A stretch of 24,544 nucleotides of DNA from Promethearchaeota archaeon. Its GTDB lineage: Archaea > Asgardarchaeota > Lokiarchaeia > Sigyniarchaeales > SOKP01. This document shows, piece by piece, positions 7,091 to 16,124 of this stretch. Location: contig JBHLME010000064.1 of the NCBI GenBank assembly GCA_048938445.1, forward strand, positions 1 through 24,544. The letters run 5' to 3'. How positions within the stretch are numbered: the stretch's first letter is position 1; each line of letters begins with the position of its first letter. The notes under the pieces were generated by a model, which had not been told where the DNA came from, did no database searches, and saw nothing but the letters and a program-made list of their open reading frames with translations. The translations under genes and the position numbers were made by a program.

Positions 7091-8797
7091 TTAAAAAGTC
7101 TCTTGAGGTTTATATTTTCCATATATTTCTCTTAGAATATCACAAATTTCTTGAATTGTAGCGTATTCCTTAACGAGAACGATAATTATTGGCATAATAT
7201 TATCAGGAGTTTGAGCAATTTTTTTTAATTCCTTCAATTTTTCTTTTATCACATTATTATTGCGTGTTTTTTTCAATTCGCTTAGCCCTGTAATTGATTT
7301 TTTCTCGACATCAACATCACACTTAAATGCTTTTATTTCAGATTTTTCCTCAGTTTTAAAAGAATTTACACCAATGACTTTGTCAGTACCATTTTCTATT
7401 TTTTTTTGAATCAGGTATGCGTTATTTTGGATTTCATTTTGTATAAAACCCTTTTTAATAGCAATTGGCATTCCACCCATTTCATCTATTTTTTGAATAT
7501 ACTTCATTGCCTCTTCCTCTAATCTTTTTGTTAAAAATTCTAGATAATATGACCCACCTATTGGATCGATAACATCAGCTATTCCTGTCTCGTGCGCTAT
7601 TACTTGTTGAGTTCTTAAAGCAATTCTCACAGCATCTTCAGTGGGAAGACAGAGCGCCTCGTCAAATGAGTTGGTATGTAATGATTGAGTACCTCCAAGA
7701 ATGGCAGCTAATGCTTGTAAAGTAACTCTAACTATATTTACTTGCATTTGAGAAGCTGTCAAGGCTACTCCTGCAGTCTGAGTATGAAATCTTAAACTTA
7801 ATGATTTGGGATCTTTAGCATTAAAACGTTCTTTCATTATTTTTGCCCATAATCTTCTAGCTGCTCGAAATTTTGCTATTTCTTCAAAAATATTGTTATG
7901 AACACAGAAAAAGAATGAAATCCTTGGAGCAAACTCGTCAATATCAATTCCTCTCTTAAGTACTTCTTCAACATAAGTGATGCCATTAGCCAAAGTAAAA
8001 GCAATCTCTTGAATAGCATTAGCTCCTGCTTCCCGCATATGATAACCACTTATACTTATGGTATTAAACTTTGGTAGATATTTAGAACAATATTCAATCA
8101 CGTCCACTGTCAATCTTAAAGAAGGTTCTGGGGGATAAATATATGTCCCTCTAGCTATATATTCTTTTAAAATATCATTTTGAACAGTCCCCATTAAATG
8201 TTCAGGTTTCACTCCCTGTTTCTCACCGATAGCAATGTACATTGCAAGCAAAACGGCGGTAGGGGCATTAATAGTCATACTAGTTGAAATCTTATCTAAC
8301 GGAATTCCATCAAATAGGTTTTCAAAATCTTTTAAAGAATTAATAGAAACACCTACTTTTCCAACTTCACCACAGCATAAATCATTGTCAGAATTATATC
8401 CCATTTGAGTAGGTAAATCAAAAGCGATCGATAATCCTTTCTGTCCCTGTGATATTAAGTATTTAAATCTCTTGTTAGATTCAACAGCATCACCAAATCC
8501 TGCATATTGTCTCATTGTCCATAGTCTTCCACGATACATATTCGAATAAACACCTCTTGTGAAGGGATATTTTCCAGAATATCCAATATCTTCAAAAAAA
8601 TTAATATCTTTTATTTCCTCAGGTTCATAGAGCTGTTTTAATGGGATCCCTGAAGGTGATTTAATTATTTCTTTTAAATCCTCTTTTTTAATAGATTTAT
8701 CTAAAACATTCTTTTTCCAAACTTTCTTTTGAGAATTAATATCATCATTATTTTTAATAGGTATTGTAATTTTTAATCTTCCTCCTAATTCATTCAA
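7091..8797 (-). CDS. mcmA1: Methylmalonyl-CoA mutase, substrate-binding (large) subunit; B12-binding domain not included
   Basis: YPFTRGVY, WTMRQYAGFG, AFDLPTQMG, QNDILKEYIARGTY, ISGYHMREAG, LHTNSFDEAL, DPIGGSYYLE. Tyr in RQY and Arg in ARG match MCM rather than isobutyryl-CoA mutase. No DxHxxG motif. Start codon uncertain. Confidence 0.92.
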   Translation of the reverse strand: MNELGGRLKITIPIKNNDDINSQKKVWKKNVLDKSIKKEDLKEIIKSPSGIPLKQLYEPEEIKDINFFEDIGYSGKYPFTRGVYSNMYRGRLWTMRQYAGFGDAVESNKRFKYLISQGQKGLSIAFDLPTQMGYNSDNDLCCGEVGKVGVSINSLKDFENLFDGIPLDKISTSMTINAPTAVLLAMYIAIGEKQGVKPEHLMGTVQNDILKEYIARGTYIYPPEPSLRLTVDVIEYCSKYLPKFNTISISGYHMREAGANAIQEIAFTLANGITYVEEVLKRGIDIDEFAPRISFFFCVHNNIFEEIAKFRAARRLWAKIMKERFNAKDPKSLSLRFHTQTAGVALTASQMQVNIVRVTLQALAAILGGTQSLHTNSFDEALCLPTEDAVRIALRTQQVIAHETGIADVIDPIGGSYYLEFLTKRLEEEAMKYIQKIDEMGGMPIAIKKGFIQNEIQNNAYLIQKKIENGTDKVIGVNSFKTEEKSEIKAFKCDVDVEKKSITGLSELKKTRNNNVIKEKLKELKKIAQTPDNIMPIIIVLVKEYATIQEICDILREIYGKYKPQETF

Positions 8798-9146
8798 TTA
8801 ATTTAAAAACATAACCATAAATTTCATTACCATCAAGATTATCACAAATTTTTTCATATACAGGTTTTAGTTTCATTCCAATGCGTAAATTTTCTTTAGG
8901 AGATATCTGTCCGAGAGCTTTTATACCATTTTTAAATTGTACAACACCAAGAGCGTATGGTCCTTTGTCTATAAATTCCATAGGTGGCGCTTTTAATAGC
9001 GTATATGTCAATAACACACAAATGCCATTAGCTTCTATTTTATCAAATGTGTTATTTTTACATTTTATACATCTTAGATGGCTTATATCTTGTAAATAAC
9101 CGCATTTTTTACACTTCTTATTAACTAAATTTTCTTTGTTACTCAT
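8790..9146 (-). CDS. DUF35/ChsH2-like Zn-ribbon plus OB-fold acyl-CoA-binding protein
   Basis: CKKCG...CIKC followed by G..LTYT...PYALGVV...G.KALG...IGM; directly downstream of a thiolase-fold gene. Confidence 0.9.
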   Translation of the reverse strand: MSNKENLVNKKCKKCGYLQDISHLRCIKCKNNTFDKIEANGICVLLTYTLLKAPPMEFIDKGPYALGVVQFKNGIKALGQISPKENLRIGMKLKPVYEKICDNLDGNEIYGYVFKLIE

Positions 9147-9152
9147 TAAGTA

Positions 9153-10385
9153 TCACATCCTTTCAACTAAAATTGAGATAATATTATTTCCAAATCCTCC
9201 GAAATTGCATGTTATTCCCGTTTGGGCATCTGAAACCTGTCTTTTTCCGGCTTCCCCTCTTAGTTGCCACACTAATTCAACAACTTGAGCGACACCTGTC
9301 GCTCCAAGTGGATGACCTCTAGCCTTTAAACCTCCAGAGGGATTGATAGGAATTTCTCCATCAATTTCTGTCCGACCTTCATGTGCAGCCATAGCGCCTT
9401 CTCCTTTTTTAAAAAACCCGATATCTTCACTTTCCACAACTTCTAAAATTTCAAATGCATCGTGAAGTTCTGCCACATCAATGTCCTTTGGAGTTTTTTT
9501 TGCCATTCTATAAGCTTGATCTGAACTAACTCTTAATGCATTTAAGACAGTAATGTCCTCTCTTTCATATATAATATGTGTATCAGTTGCTTGACCAATT
9601 CCGGAGATTAAAACTGGATTATCGCAAAATTTTTTCGCGATTTCAGCATTACATAAAACAATTGCAGCAGCGCCATCCGAAATAGGACAAATATGAAAAA
9701 GCCGCAATGGATCTGCTATTATCGGATTAATTTTATCATCATTGAGAAATTCATAAATCGTATTCCAATGACCCTTTCCTTTTTTAACAGCACTTTCCAT
9801 AAAATCCTCAATTTTTTTTTGAAAATGAGCAATAGGATTCAATGCTCCATTCCGATGGTTTTTTATGGCAATATCCGATAGCCATTCTAATTTTGCGTTA
9901 TATTTTTCAAGATAAATTCGAGATAGTAAACCTGCAAAAGAGGGAAGTGATGCGCCATGCTTTCTCTCTGCTTGATGATGGGTAAGAGTTGCGACAGCTG
10001 AAGTAATATATCCTGGAGTGGAAATATGTGTCATCTTTTCGCCTCCAACAACCAATACCATAGAATTCATTCCTGAAGATATTGCGTGGAACCCTGCTTT
10101 TATCGCAGAACCCCCACTAGCAGGTCCATTTTTCAAATGATCAGCAGCAGCAGGGATTAATCCTAATTTATCGACAACTATACTTGCAATTCCCGATAGG
10201 TGATTAAACTCCCCAGGACACATTGCTCCAACATAAACAGATTCAAATTCTTCATCACTTGTATTAGAGTCATTGATCGCTTCGAGAGAGGCTTCGCATA
10301 ACAAATCGATCAAATTTTTATCTTCTATTTTTCCAAATCTTGTATGCCCTATTCCTATTATTGCTACTTGATTCAATACTACCAA
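9153..10385 (-). CDS. SCP2/archaeal-type thiolase-fold protein lacking catalytic cysteines
   Basis: VAIIGIGHTRFG, VGGEKMT, KNHRNGALNP.AH, PISDGAAA, ELHDAF, INPSGGLKARGHPLGATG. NGPAS replaces ACAS and HDAF replaces HDCF. Confidence 0.88.
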   Translation of the reverse strand: MVVLNQVAIIGIGHTRFGKIEDKNLIDLLCEASLEAINDSNTSDEEFESVYVGAMCPGEFNHLSGIASIVVDKLGLIPAAADHLKNGPASGGSAIKAGFHAISSGMNSMVLVVGGEKMTHISTPGYITSAVATLTHHQAERKHGASLPSFAGLLSRIYLEKYNAKLEWLSDIAIKNHRNGALNPIAHFQKKIEDFMESAVKKGKGHWNTIYEFLNDDKINPIIADPLRLFHICPISDGAAAIVLCNAEIAKKFCDNPVLISGIGQATDTHIIYEREDITVLNALRVSSDQAYRMAKKTPKDIDVAELHDAFEILEVVESEDIGFFKKGEGAMAAHEGRTEIDGEIPINPSGGLKARGHPLGATGVAQVVELVWQLRGEAGKRQVSDAQTGITCNFGGFGNNIISILVERM

Positions 10386-10485
10386 TCCAGTTTTCTATCA
10401 AAAATTTAATAAAATTATTTCATTTTTATAATATTTTCCGAAATTATATTTCATATTTTTTTGTTTAATCTAAACGTCATTACAA

Positions 10486-10541
10486 AGAAAATAATTATTT
10501 TCTGAAATATGTTCATTTGTCAACAAAAAATAACTATTTTT
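10486..10541. promoter_or_regulatory. Pair of related palindromes (candidate operator) upstream of the thiolase-DUF35-mutase operon
   Basis: Perfect 18-bp palindrome AGAAAATAATTATTTTCT (10486-10503) and AAAAATAACTATTTTT (10526-10541); shared core AAAATAAnTATTTT. Confidence 0.35.
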
Positions 10542-10555
10542 ATGAACAACATTAT

Positions 10556-10565
10556 AAAAAAAAAA
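10556..10565 (-). terminator. Oligo-T tract, candidate archaeal intrinsic terminator of the kor-hdrA transcript
   Basis: T10 on the minus strand about 80 nt after the hdrA-mvhD stop. Confidence 0.4.
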
Positions 10566-10646
10566 GGGACATATAAAGGTTACATAATATCAAATAATAT
10601 TAAGAGTAGTTATATTAGTTTAGAAAGTTATATATAAAAATAACAA

Positions 10647-13013
10647 TTATTTTAAAGCTATTCTACTCATGTTTTTAACAATTCCAGCAAATCTTTTTCC
10701 TTCTGCGGCTGACATCCATTCGATGACAAATCGTTCGTCGGAAATATTATTCTTTTTCATCCAATTCCTAATTTCTTTCTCCCGCTTTAACGCAAAATCA
10801 TTACCAGTGATGTAATGACAATCTTGAGGGTGGCAACCAGTCAGCATTACTGCTCCGGCACCACGCTTAAAGCAATGTTTAATAAAATCGATATCAACTC
10901 GCCCAGAACACATGGTTCTAATAATTCTAGTGTTAGTCGGATATTGGATTCGACTGGTTCCAGCCAAGTCTGCCCCAGCGTAGGAACACCAATTGCAAGC
11001 AAAAATTAATAGTTTTTGTGAAGCATTTTCATTAAGGGCTATATCAATTTGACGAAGAATCATGGCATCTGTAAAGTTTGTCATAGTAATAGCGTCTGTA
11101 GGGCAATCAGCTGCGCACGTTCCACAACCTTTGCATAAGATAGGTCTAACATAAGCTGGAGTTTTTTTTTCACGATCGACGGAAATTGCATTATAAGGAC
11201 ACCGAGGCACACATGTTCCACAACTCGTGCATTTTTCAATATCAACAAATGCGTACAATGGTTCTACATGGTATTCTCCTTTTGAAAGTAATTTTGCAAT
11301 ACGACCTGCAGAAGCGCTAGCTTGAGTGACAGACTCACGAATATCCTTTGGAGATTCGGCTCCTCCTGCGATAAAAATGCCATCTGTAGGTGTATCCACC
11401 GGTCTAAGTTTTGGATGAGCTTCAATGTAAAAGCCTTTCTTATCTTTTGCTATTGGGAATGGGATTGATTCAGATGACCCTTCTGCACCAATAGAAAGAA
11501 CAACTAAATCAAATACTTCAGATAATATAGTTTCAGTACTTATATCTTCTGCAGTTATTATGAGATTTTTAGTACTTGGATCTTCTTTAATTTGGCCTGG
11601 ACGACCACGAATATATAAAACTCCCTGTTCTCTTGAACGCAAATATAATTCTTCAAATCCTTTGCCAAAAGCTCGAATATCGACATAAAAAATAGCAACT
11701 TCAACATCAGGCCAATGCTCCTTTATTAAAAGACTATCCTTAATACTCTCCATACAGCAAAAGTTAGAACAGTACGGATTAAATCTAAGATCTCGCGAAC
11801 CTACACAATTAATAAACGCTACTTTTTTTGGTTTCTTGAGATCACTTGGTCTCACTAATTCACCGAAGGTTGGTCCTGCAGCATTGATTAATCTTTCAAA
11901 TTCGAAGGTTGTAATCACATTAGGATACTTACCCCATCCAAATTCTGGGATTTTAGAAGCATCAAATTTTTCAAATCCAACGGCAACAATAATGGCTCCA
12001 ACATGAAATTTATATAATTTCTCAGTATCTTCATAATTGATTGCTTCTTTTTCACATTCTGATATACATTTTCCACAGGTTAAAGGTGATAAACCTAAGC
12101 AAGTTTTATCGTCAATGATATAACTGGCTGGTACTGCTTGAGGATAGGGGATATAAATTGCTTTTCTCCAACCTAAATTTCCAGAGTACTCGTCTATAAC
12201 ATTCTCAGGACAAATATCAACGCAATCACCGCAAGCAGTGCAAAGTTCTTCATCAACATATCGCGGTTTCTTTTTAATTGTGACATCAAAATTACCGATA
12301 TAACCTGATATTTCCGTTACTTCGGCATTAGTGATAAGGTCGATATTCTTATGATTGCCAACATCAGCCATCTTCGGACCTAAAATACATATCGAGCAAT
12401 CCATAGTTGGGAAAGTTTTATCAATAAGCGCCATATTACCACCAATAGTGGGCGATTTCTCAACAAGTATGATTTTATAATCGTCAGCTAAATCTAATGC
12501 AGCTTGAATTCCCGCTACACCACCTCCAATAATTAGGACACGTTTTTTAACAGGAACAATAATATCATCAACAGCTTCCAATAATTCAGCTTTAGCAATT
12601 GCCATCTCAATTAAATCTTTAGCTTTTTCTGTAGCTTTTTTATTCTCCGAGAGATGTACCCAACTACACTGTTCCCGAATGTTAGCAACCTCTACTAAAG
12701 AAGGATTAATCCCAACCCTCCTCAGTATTTTTTTCCACGTATGGCCATGTAATCGCGGGCTACAGGCAGCTACAACGATTTTTTCTATACCCTTTTCCTT
12801 AAGAGCCGCCTCAATCTCATCCTGTCCTGGATCAGAACATGTGTAAGTATTGACTTGAACAAGTTTTACTCCTGGAATATGTTCAATTTCTTCTGCTAAT
12901 TGATCAATATCAACAGTACCACCAATATTTTTACCACATTTGCAGAGGAATACACCAATATTCTGGTCAATCTTAGGTTTTTCAGCACTTTCAGTCAATT
13001 TTTTATACACCAA
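10647..13013 (-). CDS. hdrA: Heterodisulfide reductase subunit A fused to a C-terminal MvhD [2Fe-2S] domain
   Basis: GVFLCKCG.NI, AACSPR, NIREQCSWVH, GGGVAG (FAD), KTFPTMDCSIC, inserted and C-terminal ferredoxin motifs, CVGSRD..YCSNFCC, EAHPKLRPV; then MvhD motifs FACNWCSYAGADLAG, MCSGRVD, GCHPQDCHY, WMSAAEG. Confidence 0.95.
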   Translation of the reverse strand: MVYKKLTESAEKPKIDQNIGVFLCKCGKNIGGTVDIDQLAEEIEHIPGVKLVQVNTYTCSDPGQDEIEAALKEKGIEKIVVAACSPRLHGHTWKKILRRVGINPSLVEVANIREQCSWVHLSENKKATEKAKDLIEMAIAKAELLEAVDDIIVPVKKRVLIIGGGVAGIQAALDLADDYKIILVEKSPTIGGNMALIDKTFPTMDCSICILGPKMADVGNHKNIDLITNAEVTEISGYIGNFDVTIKKKPRYVDEELCTACGDCVDICPENVIDEYSGNLGWRKAIYIPYPQAVPASYIIDDKTCLGLSPLTCGKCISECEKEAINYEDTEKLYKFHVGAIIVAVGFEKFDASKIPEFGWGKYPNVITTFEFERLINAAGPTFGELVRPSDLKKPKKVAFINCVGSRDLRFNPYCSNFCCMESIKDSLLIKEHWPDVEVAIFYVDIRAFGKGFEELYLRSREQGVLYIRGRPGQIKEDPSTKNLIITAEDISTETILSEVFDLVVLSIGAEGSSESIPFPIAKDKKGFYIEAHPKLRPVDTPTDGIFIAGGAESPKDIRESVTQASASAGRIAKLLSKGEYHVEPLYAFVDIEKCTSCGTCVPRCPYNAISVDREKKTPAYVRPILCKGCGTCAADCPTDAITMTNFTDAMILRQIDIALNENASQKLLIFACNWCSYAGADLAGTSRIQYPTNTRIIRTMCSGRVDIDFIKHCFKRGAGAVMLTGCHPQDCHYITGNDFALKREKEIRNWMKKNNISDERFVIEWMSAAEGKRFAGIVKNMSRIALK

Positions 13014-13014
13014 A

Positions 13015-13884
13015 TCATCTATTTTTTGATTTTTTACTTTGAACCGATTTCTTTAATTCGATTAATCTTTTTGAAAAACCTTCCCTTTTTTCATCAATAA
13101 ATTCACCACATATAATAATTCCTTCTTTGAAGTCTAAGGTTGCTTCATGAGGGGGCCAATTAGTCTTAATTCTAATTTGCTTTTTCAACCATTCAAGCAT
13201 CTCTACAGCATCACCAAGCTTATTTTTATTACCGTATTGAACGAAACAAGGAGCAAGCACCTCGATGAAGCTAAAACCTTCATTATCAATACTTTTCAAA
13301 ATGCTTTTCTGTAATCTAAGCGTATCATATCCTGGCCATCGAGCGACATATGTTGCACCTGAAGCTACTGCTAAGCTTACTAAATTAAAAGGAGGTTCCA
13401 AATTTCCATAGGGAGTTGTTTGTGTTATGTCGCCAATTTGTGTTGTAGGAGCAACTTGCCCCCCTGTCATTCCGTATACATTATTATTAACACATAATAC
13501 AGTAATTTCAATATTTCTTCTCGCTGCGTGAATAAAGTGATTACCCCCTATTGCAAAAAGATCACCATCTCCTGATAATACAATAACATTTAACTTGGGA
13601 TTCGCGAGTTTTAATCCTGTGGCAAAAGGAATAGCTCTTCCATGGGTAGTATGAAAGGCTGGCGCTTTAAAGCAACCACTTGATCGCCCTGTACATCCTA
13701 TACCAGAAACTATAGCATAGTCTTTTGTTGTTAAATCTCTTTCTCTTAGACATGTGGTTATAGATGTAATTATTGTTCCAATTAAGCACCCAGGACAAAA
13801 GATAAAACGATTTAAGTTCAACCAGTCTTTTAGTGGATGTTCAAGGAGATTTTCTGGTTTTGTCAATTGATTTGTATGTGTCAT
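13015..13884 (-). CDS. korB: 2-oxoglutarate/2-oxoacid:ferredoxin oxidoreductase beta subunit
   Basis: FCPGC, SGIGC, HTTHGRA, SGDGD, NNNVYGMTGGQ, IEVLAPC; complete TPP and Fe-S motifs. Confidence 0.93.
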   Translation of the reverse strand: MTHTNQLTKPENLLEHPLKDWLNLNRFIFCPGCLIGTIITSITTCLRERDLTTKDYAIVSGIGCTGRSSGCFKAPAFHTTHGRAIPFATGLKLANPKLNVIVLSGDGDLFAIGGNHFIHAARRNIEITVLCVNNNVYGMTGGQVAPTTQIGDITQTTPYGNLEPPFNLVSLAVASGATYVARWPGYDTLRLQKSILKSIDNEGFSFIEVLAPCFVQYGNKNKLGDAVEMLEWLKKQIRIKTNWPPHEATLDFKEGIIICGEFIDEKREGFSKRLIELKKSVQSKKSKNR

Positions 13885-15044
13885 AAATTAACCTCCTTTA
13901 TCAGTTTCTTATATGTAAATTTTGGACTAAAAGGAATAGTTGTAGGAATTGAAATCCCAGAGACATCAAACAAATGCTGGAATCTTTGGACTTCGCGAAT
14001 AATCATTCCATAGTTCATCTCACTTACTATTACTTTTGATATTCCTTTACTGCCTATTTTTTCCATTAATTCATCTGGAAATGGCCATATGCTTTTCAAT
14101 CGAACGAATCCTATCTTATGACCTTCTTTACGAACTTGTTCAATCGCTTCCGGTACTCCTCGCGCATTAATTCCATATGCTAATACAAGAACATCAGAAT
14201 CATCTATATATTTTTCCTCCCAATCATTAATCTCTGGTCTTGCATTGATAATTTTATCGCAAAGTCTTTTAATTAATTTTTCTGCTGTTTCAGGTGACAT
14301 ATCTGGATTCCCTTCTTCATCATGTGTAAGCCCAGTAACGTAAAAATGATAATCAGTCCCTGCGATGGCCATTCCAGGAACGAGATCATCATCAAATACC
14401 TCAAAAGGTTTATATTTTTCTGGTGGAACTTGAGGTTTTTTACGTTCTACTAAATCAATATTTAAATGATAATATACAGGCTCCATCATTTGACCCAAGA
14501 TTCCATCTGATGCAACAATTACAGGCGTCCGATATTTTTCGGCCAAATTAAAAGCACGGATAGTTAAATCGTACATTTCTTGTACTGTTGAGGGAGCCAA
14601 TACTATAATTTGATAATCTCCATGAGATGCATATCTAGTTTGGTATATATCAGACTGGGAAGCATTAGTCGGTTGTCCCGTACTTGGACCACCTCTCATA
14701 ATAGTTGTAATAACTAAAGGTGTTTCTAACATAACTCCCAAGCCAATATTTTCAGCCATGAGAGAAAGACCAGGGCCCGAAGTTGCAGTCATAGACTTTA
14801 AACCAGCATAGGAAGCTCCAAGACAGCAATTAATTGAAGCCAACTCATCTTCCATTTGAATAAATGTTCCATTAACTTTTGGGAGTTGTCTTGACATATA
14901 AGCAGCTATCTCCGATGAGGGGGTGATAGGATATCCTGCAAAAAATCGGCAACCTGCCGTAATAGCTCCTTCTGCACAAGCATAATTTCCAGAGGTTAAA
15001 ATTGCTTTAGTTTGAGATTTTTTTGGATTATTTCTAAGATTCAT
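13881..15044 (-). CDS. korA: 2-oxoglutarate/2-oxoacid:ferredoxin oxidoreductase alpha subunit
   Basis: GYPITPSSE, QMEDE, TATSGPG, RGGPSTGQPT, TGLTHDE.G, IWPFP, EMNYG; 4-nt ATGA overlap with korB. Confidence 0.93.
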   Translation of the reverse strand: MNLRNNPKKSQTKAILTSGNYACAEGAITAGCRFFAGYPITPSSEIAAYMSRQLPKVNGTFIQMEDELASINCCLGASYAGLKSMTATSGPGLSLMAENIGLGVMLETPLVITTIMRGGPSTGQPTNASQSDIYQTRYASHGDYQIIVLAPSTVQEMYDLTIRAFNLAEKYRTPVIVASDGILGQMMEPVYYHLNIDLVERKKPQVPPEKYKPFEVFDDDLVPGMAIAGTDYHFYVTGLTHDEEGNPDMSPETAEKLIKRLCDKIINARPEINDWEEKYIDDSDVLVLAYGINARGVPEAIEQVRKEGHKIGFVRLKSIWPFPDELMEKIGSKGISKVIVSEMNYGMIIREVQRFQHLFDVSGISIPTTIPFSPKFTYKKLIKEVNL

Positions 15045-15321
15045 TGATAATACCTCCTTGTAAGTCTATTTCATTAATAAAAATTGAACTCGTGGGACAC
15101 AATCGCTCACATTGTTTACATCCTAAACAATTATCTGGATTTTTTATTACCACATAATGTAGCATACGACTATTAGTATCATCACTAGGCTCCAATAACT
15201 CTTTAGGACAGAATACTACACATACTTTACAGCCATCACATTGTTCAGAATCAATAATAACTTCGTATTTTTTTTGAGGTTGAGGAGGTGGTAAGATGGG
15301 CGCTCGTTTAGATTCTAACAT
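15034..15321 (-). CDS. korD: OFOR delta subunit (2x[4Fe-4S] ferredoxin)
   Basis: CDGCKVCVVFCP and CLGCKQCERLCP; overlaps the korA start; internal GGAGGT can serve as the korA SD. Confidence 0.9.
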   Translation of the reverse strand: MLESKRAPILPPPQPQKKYEVIIDSEQCDGCKVCVVFCPKELLEPSDDTNSRMLHYVVIKNPDNCLGCKQCERLCPTSSIFINEIDLQGGIINES

Positions 15322-15497
15322 TTTTTCTCTCCTTCTTGTAAGTTTAAACTTCCAGTTATATTCATCCTAATTGTGCTTTAAAAATAATAATTTCTCTTTT
15401 AAATTTGCTTTTTTACAGTATAAGTAATTCCTACAGAAAATATATTAAAATAAAGGAGAAAAAAGTAATCTCTCTATTTAAATAAGACTAGTTCAAT

Positions 15498-16067
15498 TTA
15501 TGATAGAGAATTGTCTTCAAATTCCTGATAAAGAGTTTTGCCAAGATTAAAACTCCGAAGGTTTATATCTCTAATGCTCTCTGGCATTTTATTAAAAACT
15601 TGGATATAATGCTTCTCTTCTAAGACAATTTTCCCATTATTACGAAGATATTCAGATAAGAATCCTAAAGAGAGCATATTTACTGCTTTAGGAACATTAT
15701 TTTCATCTGCACGCTTATTAATAGGAACCCGATGAATGGTACCTTCCGTAATGATTTCTTCGTAATTAGAAACTGTGTTAGAGTCAATAAATGAAATAGT
15801 TTTTTCATAAATGCATTCACTTGCGCGCTTAATTCCTTTTTGATCTATTACTAAGAAAATATCCGCATCTTCATCACAAAACGGATAGGAAATGGGTTCG
15901 GAGCTTAGTATAACATCACAAAAAATAGGGCCACCTCTAACTGAAGGTGTATAATCAACAGAAAGTGTCGCATAATAGTTTGCTTCCATTGCTACTTTAA
16001 CTAAAACACTTCCAAGAAATTTAATACCTTGTCCTCCACGACCTGATAATCGGAACTTTATTTTCAT
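15498..16067 (-). CDS. korC: OFOR gamma subunit
   Basis: FRLSGRGGQG, YTPSVRGG, EPISYP, NMLSLG; 189 aa. Confidence 0.87.
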   Translation of the reverse strand: MKIKFRLSGRGGQGIKFLGSVLVKVAMEANYYATLSVDYTPSVRGGPIFCDVILSSEPISYPFCDEDADIFLVIDQKGIKRASECIYEKTISFIDSNTVSNYEEIITEGTIHRVPINKRADENNVPKAVNMLSLGFLSEYLRNNGKIVLEEKHYIQVFNKMPESIRDINLRSFNLGKTLYQEFEDNSLS

Positions 16068-16124
16068 GAAAAAAAAAATCTTTTTTTTGTTATTGTAATA
16101 ACTTGTTTTATCGTAAATAAAAAT

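Noticed and set aside
7091-8797. Isobutyryl-CoA or other variant mutase; or a pseudogene for lack of a B12 domain
   Set aside because: Tyr (RQY) and Arg (ARG) specificity residues are MCM-type; split large/small subunits are normal in archaea.
8881-9881. Short plus-strand ORFs 8881..9099 and 9693..9881
   Set aside because: Antisense to the DUF35 and thiolase-like genes; no recognisable features.
10386-13013. Selenocysteine in HdrA/MvhD and a 3' SECIS (these families are selenoproteins in some methanogens and Lokiarchaeia)
   Set aside because: The ORF has no in-frame TGA and the relevant positions are Cys (CSIC, CNWC, GCHP). An ATGA...AAA...GA string downstream lacks a pairing stem.
10815-13100. 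Short plus-strand ORFs 10815..11009 and 12900..13100
   Set aside because: Antisense to hdrA-mvhD/korB; no motifs.
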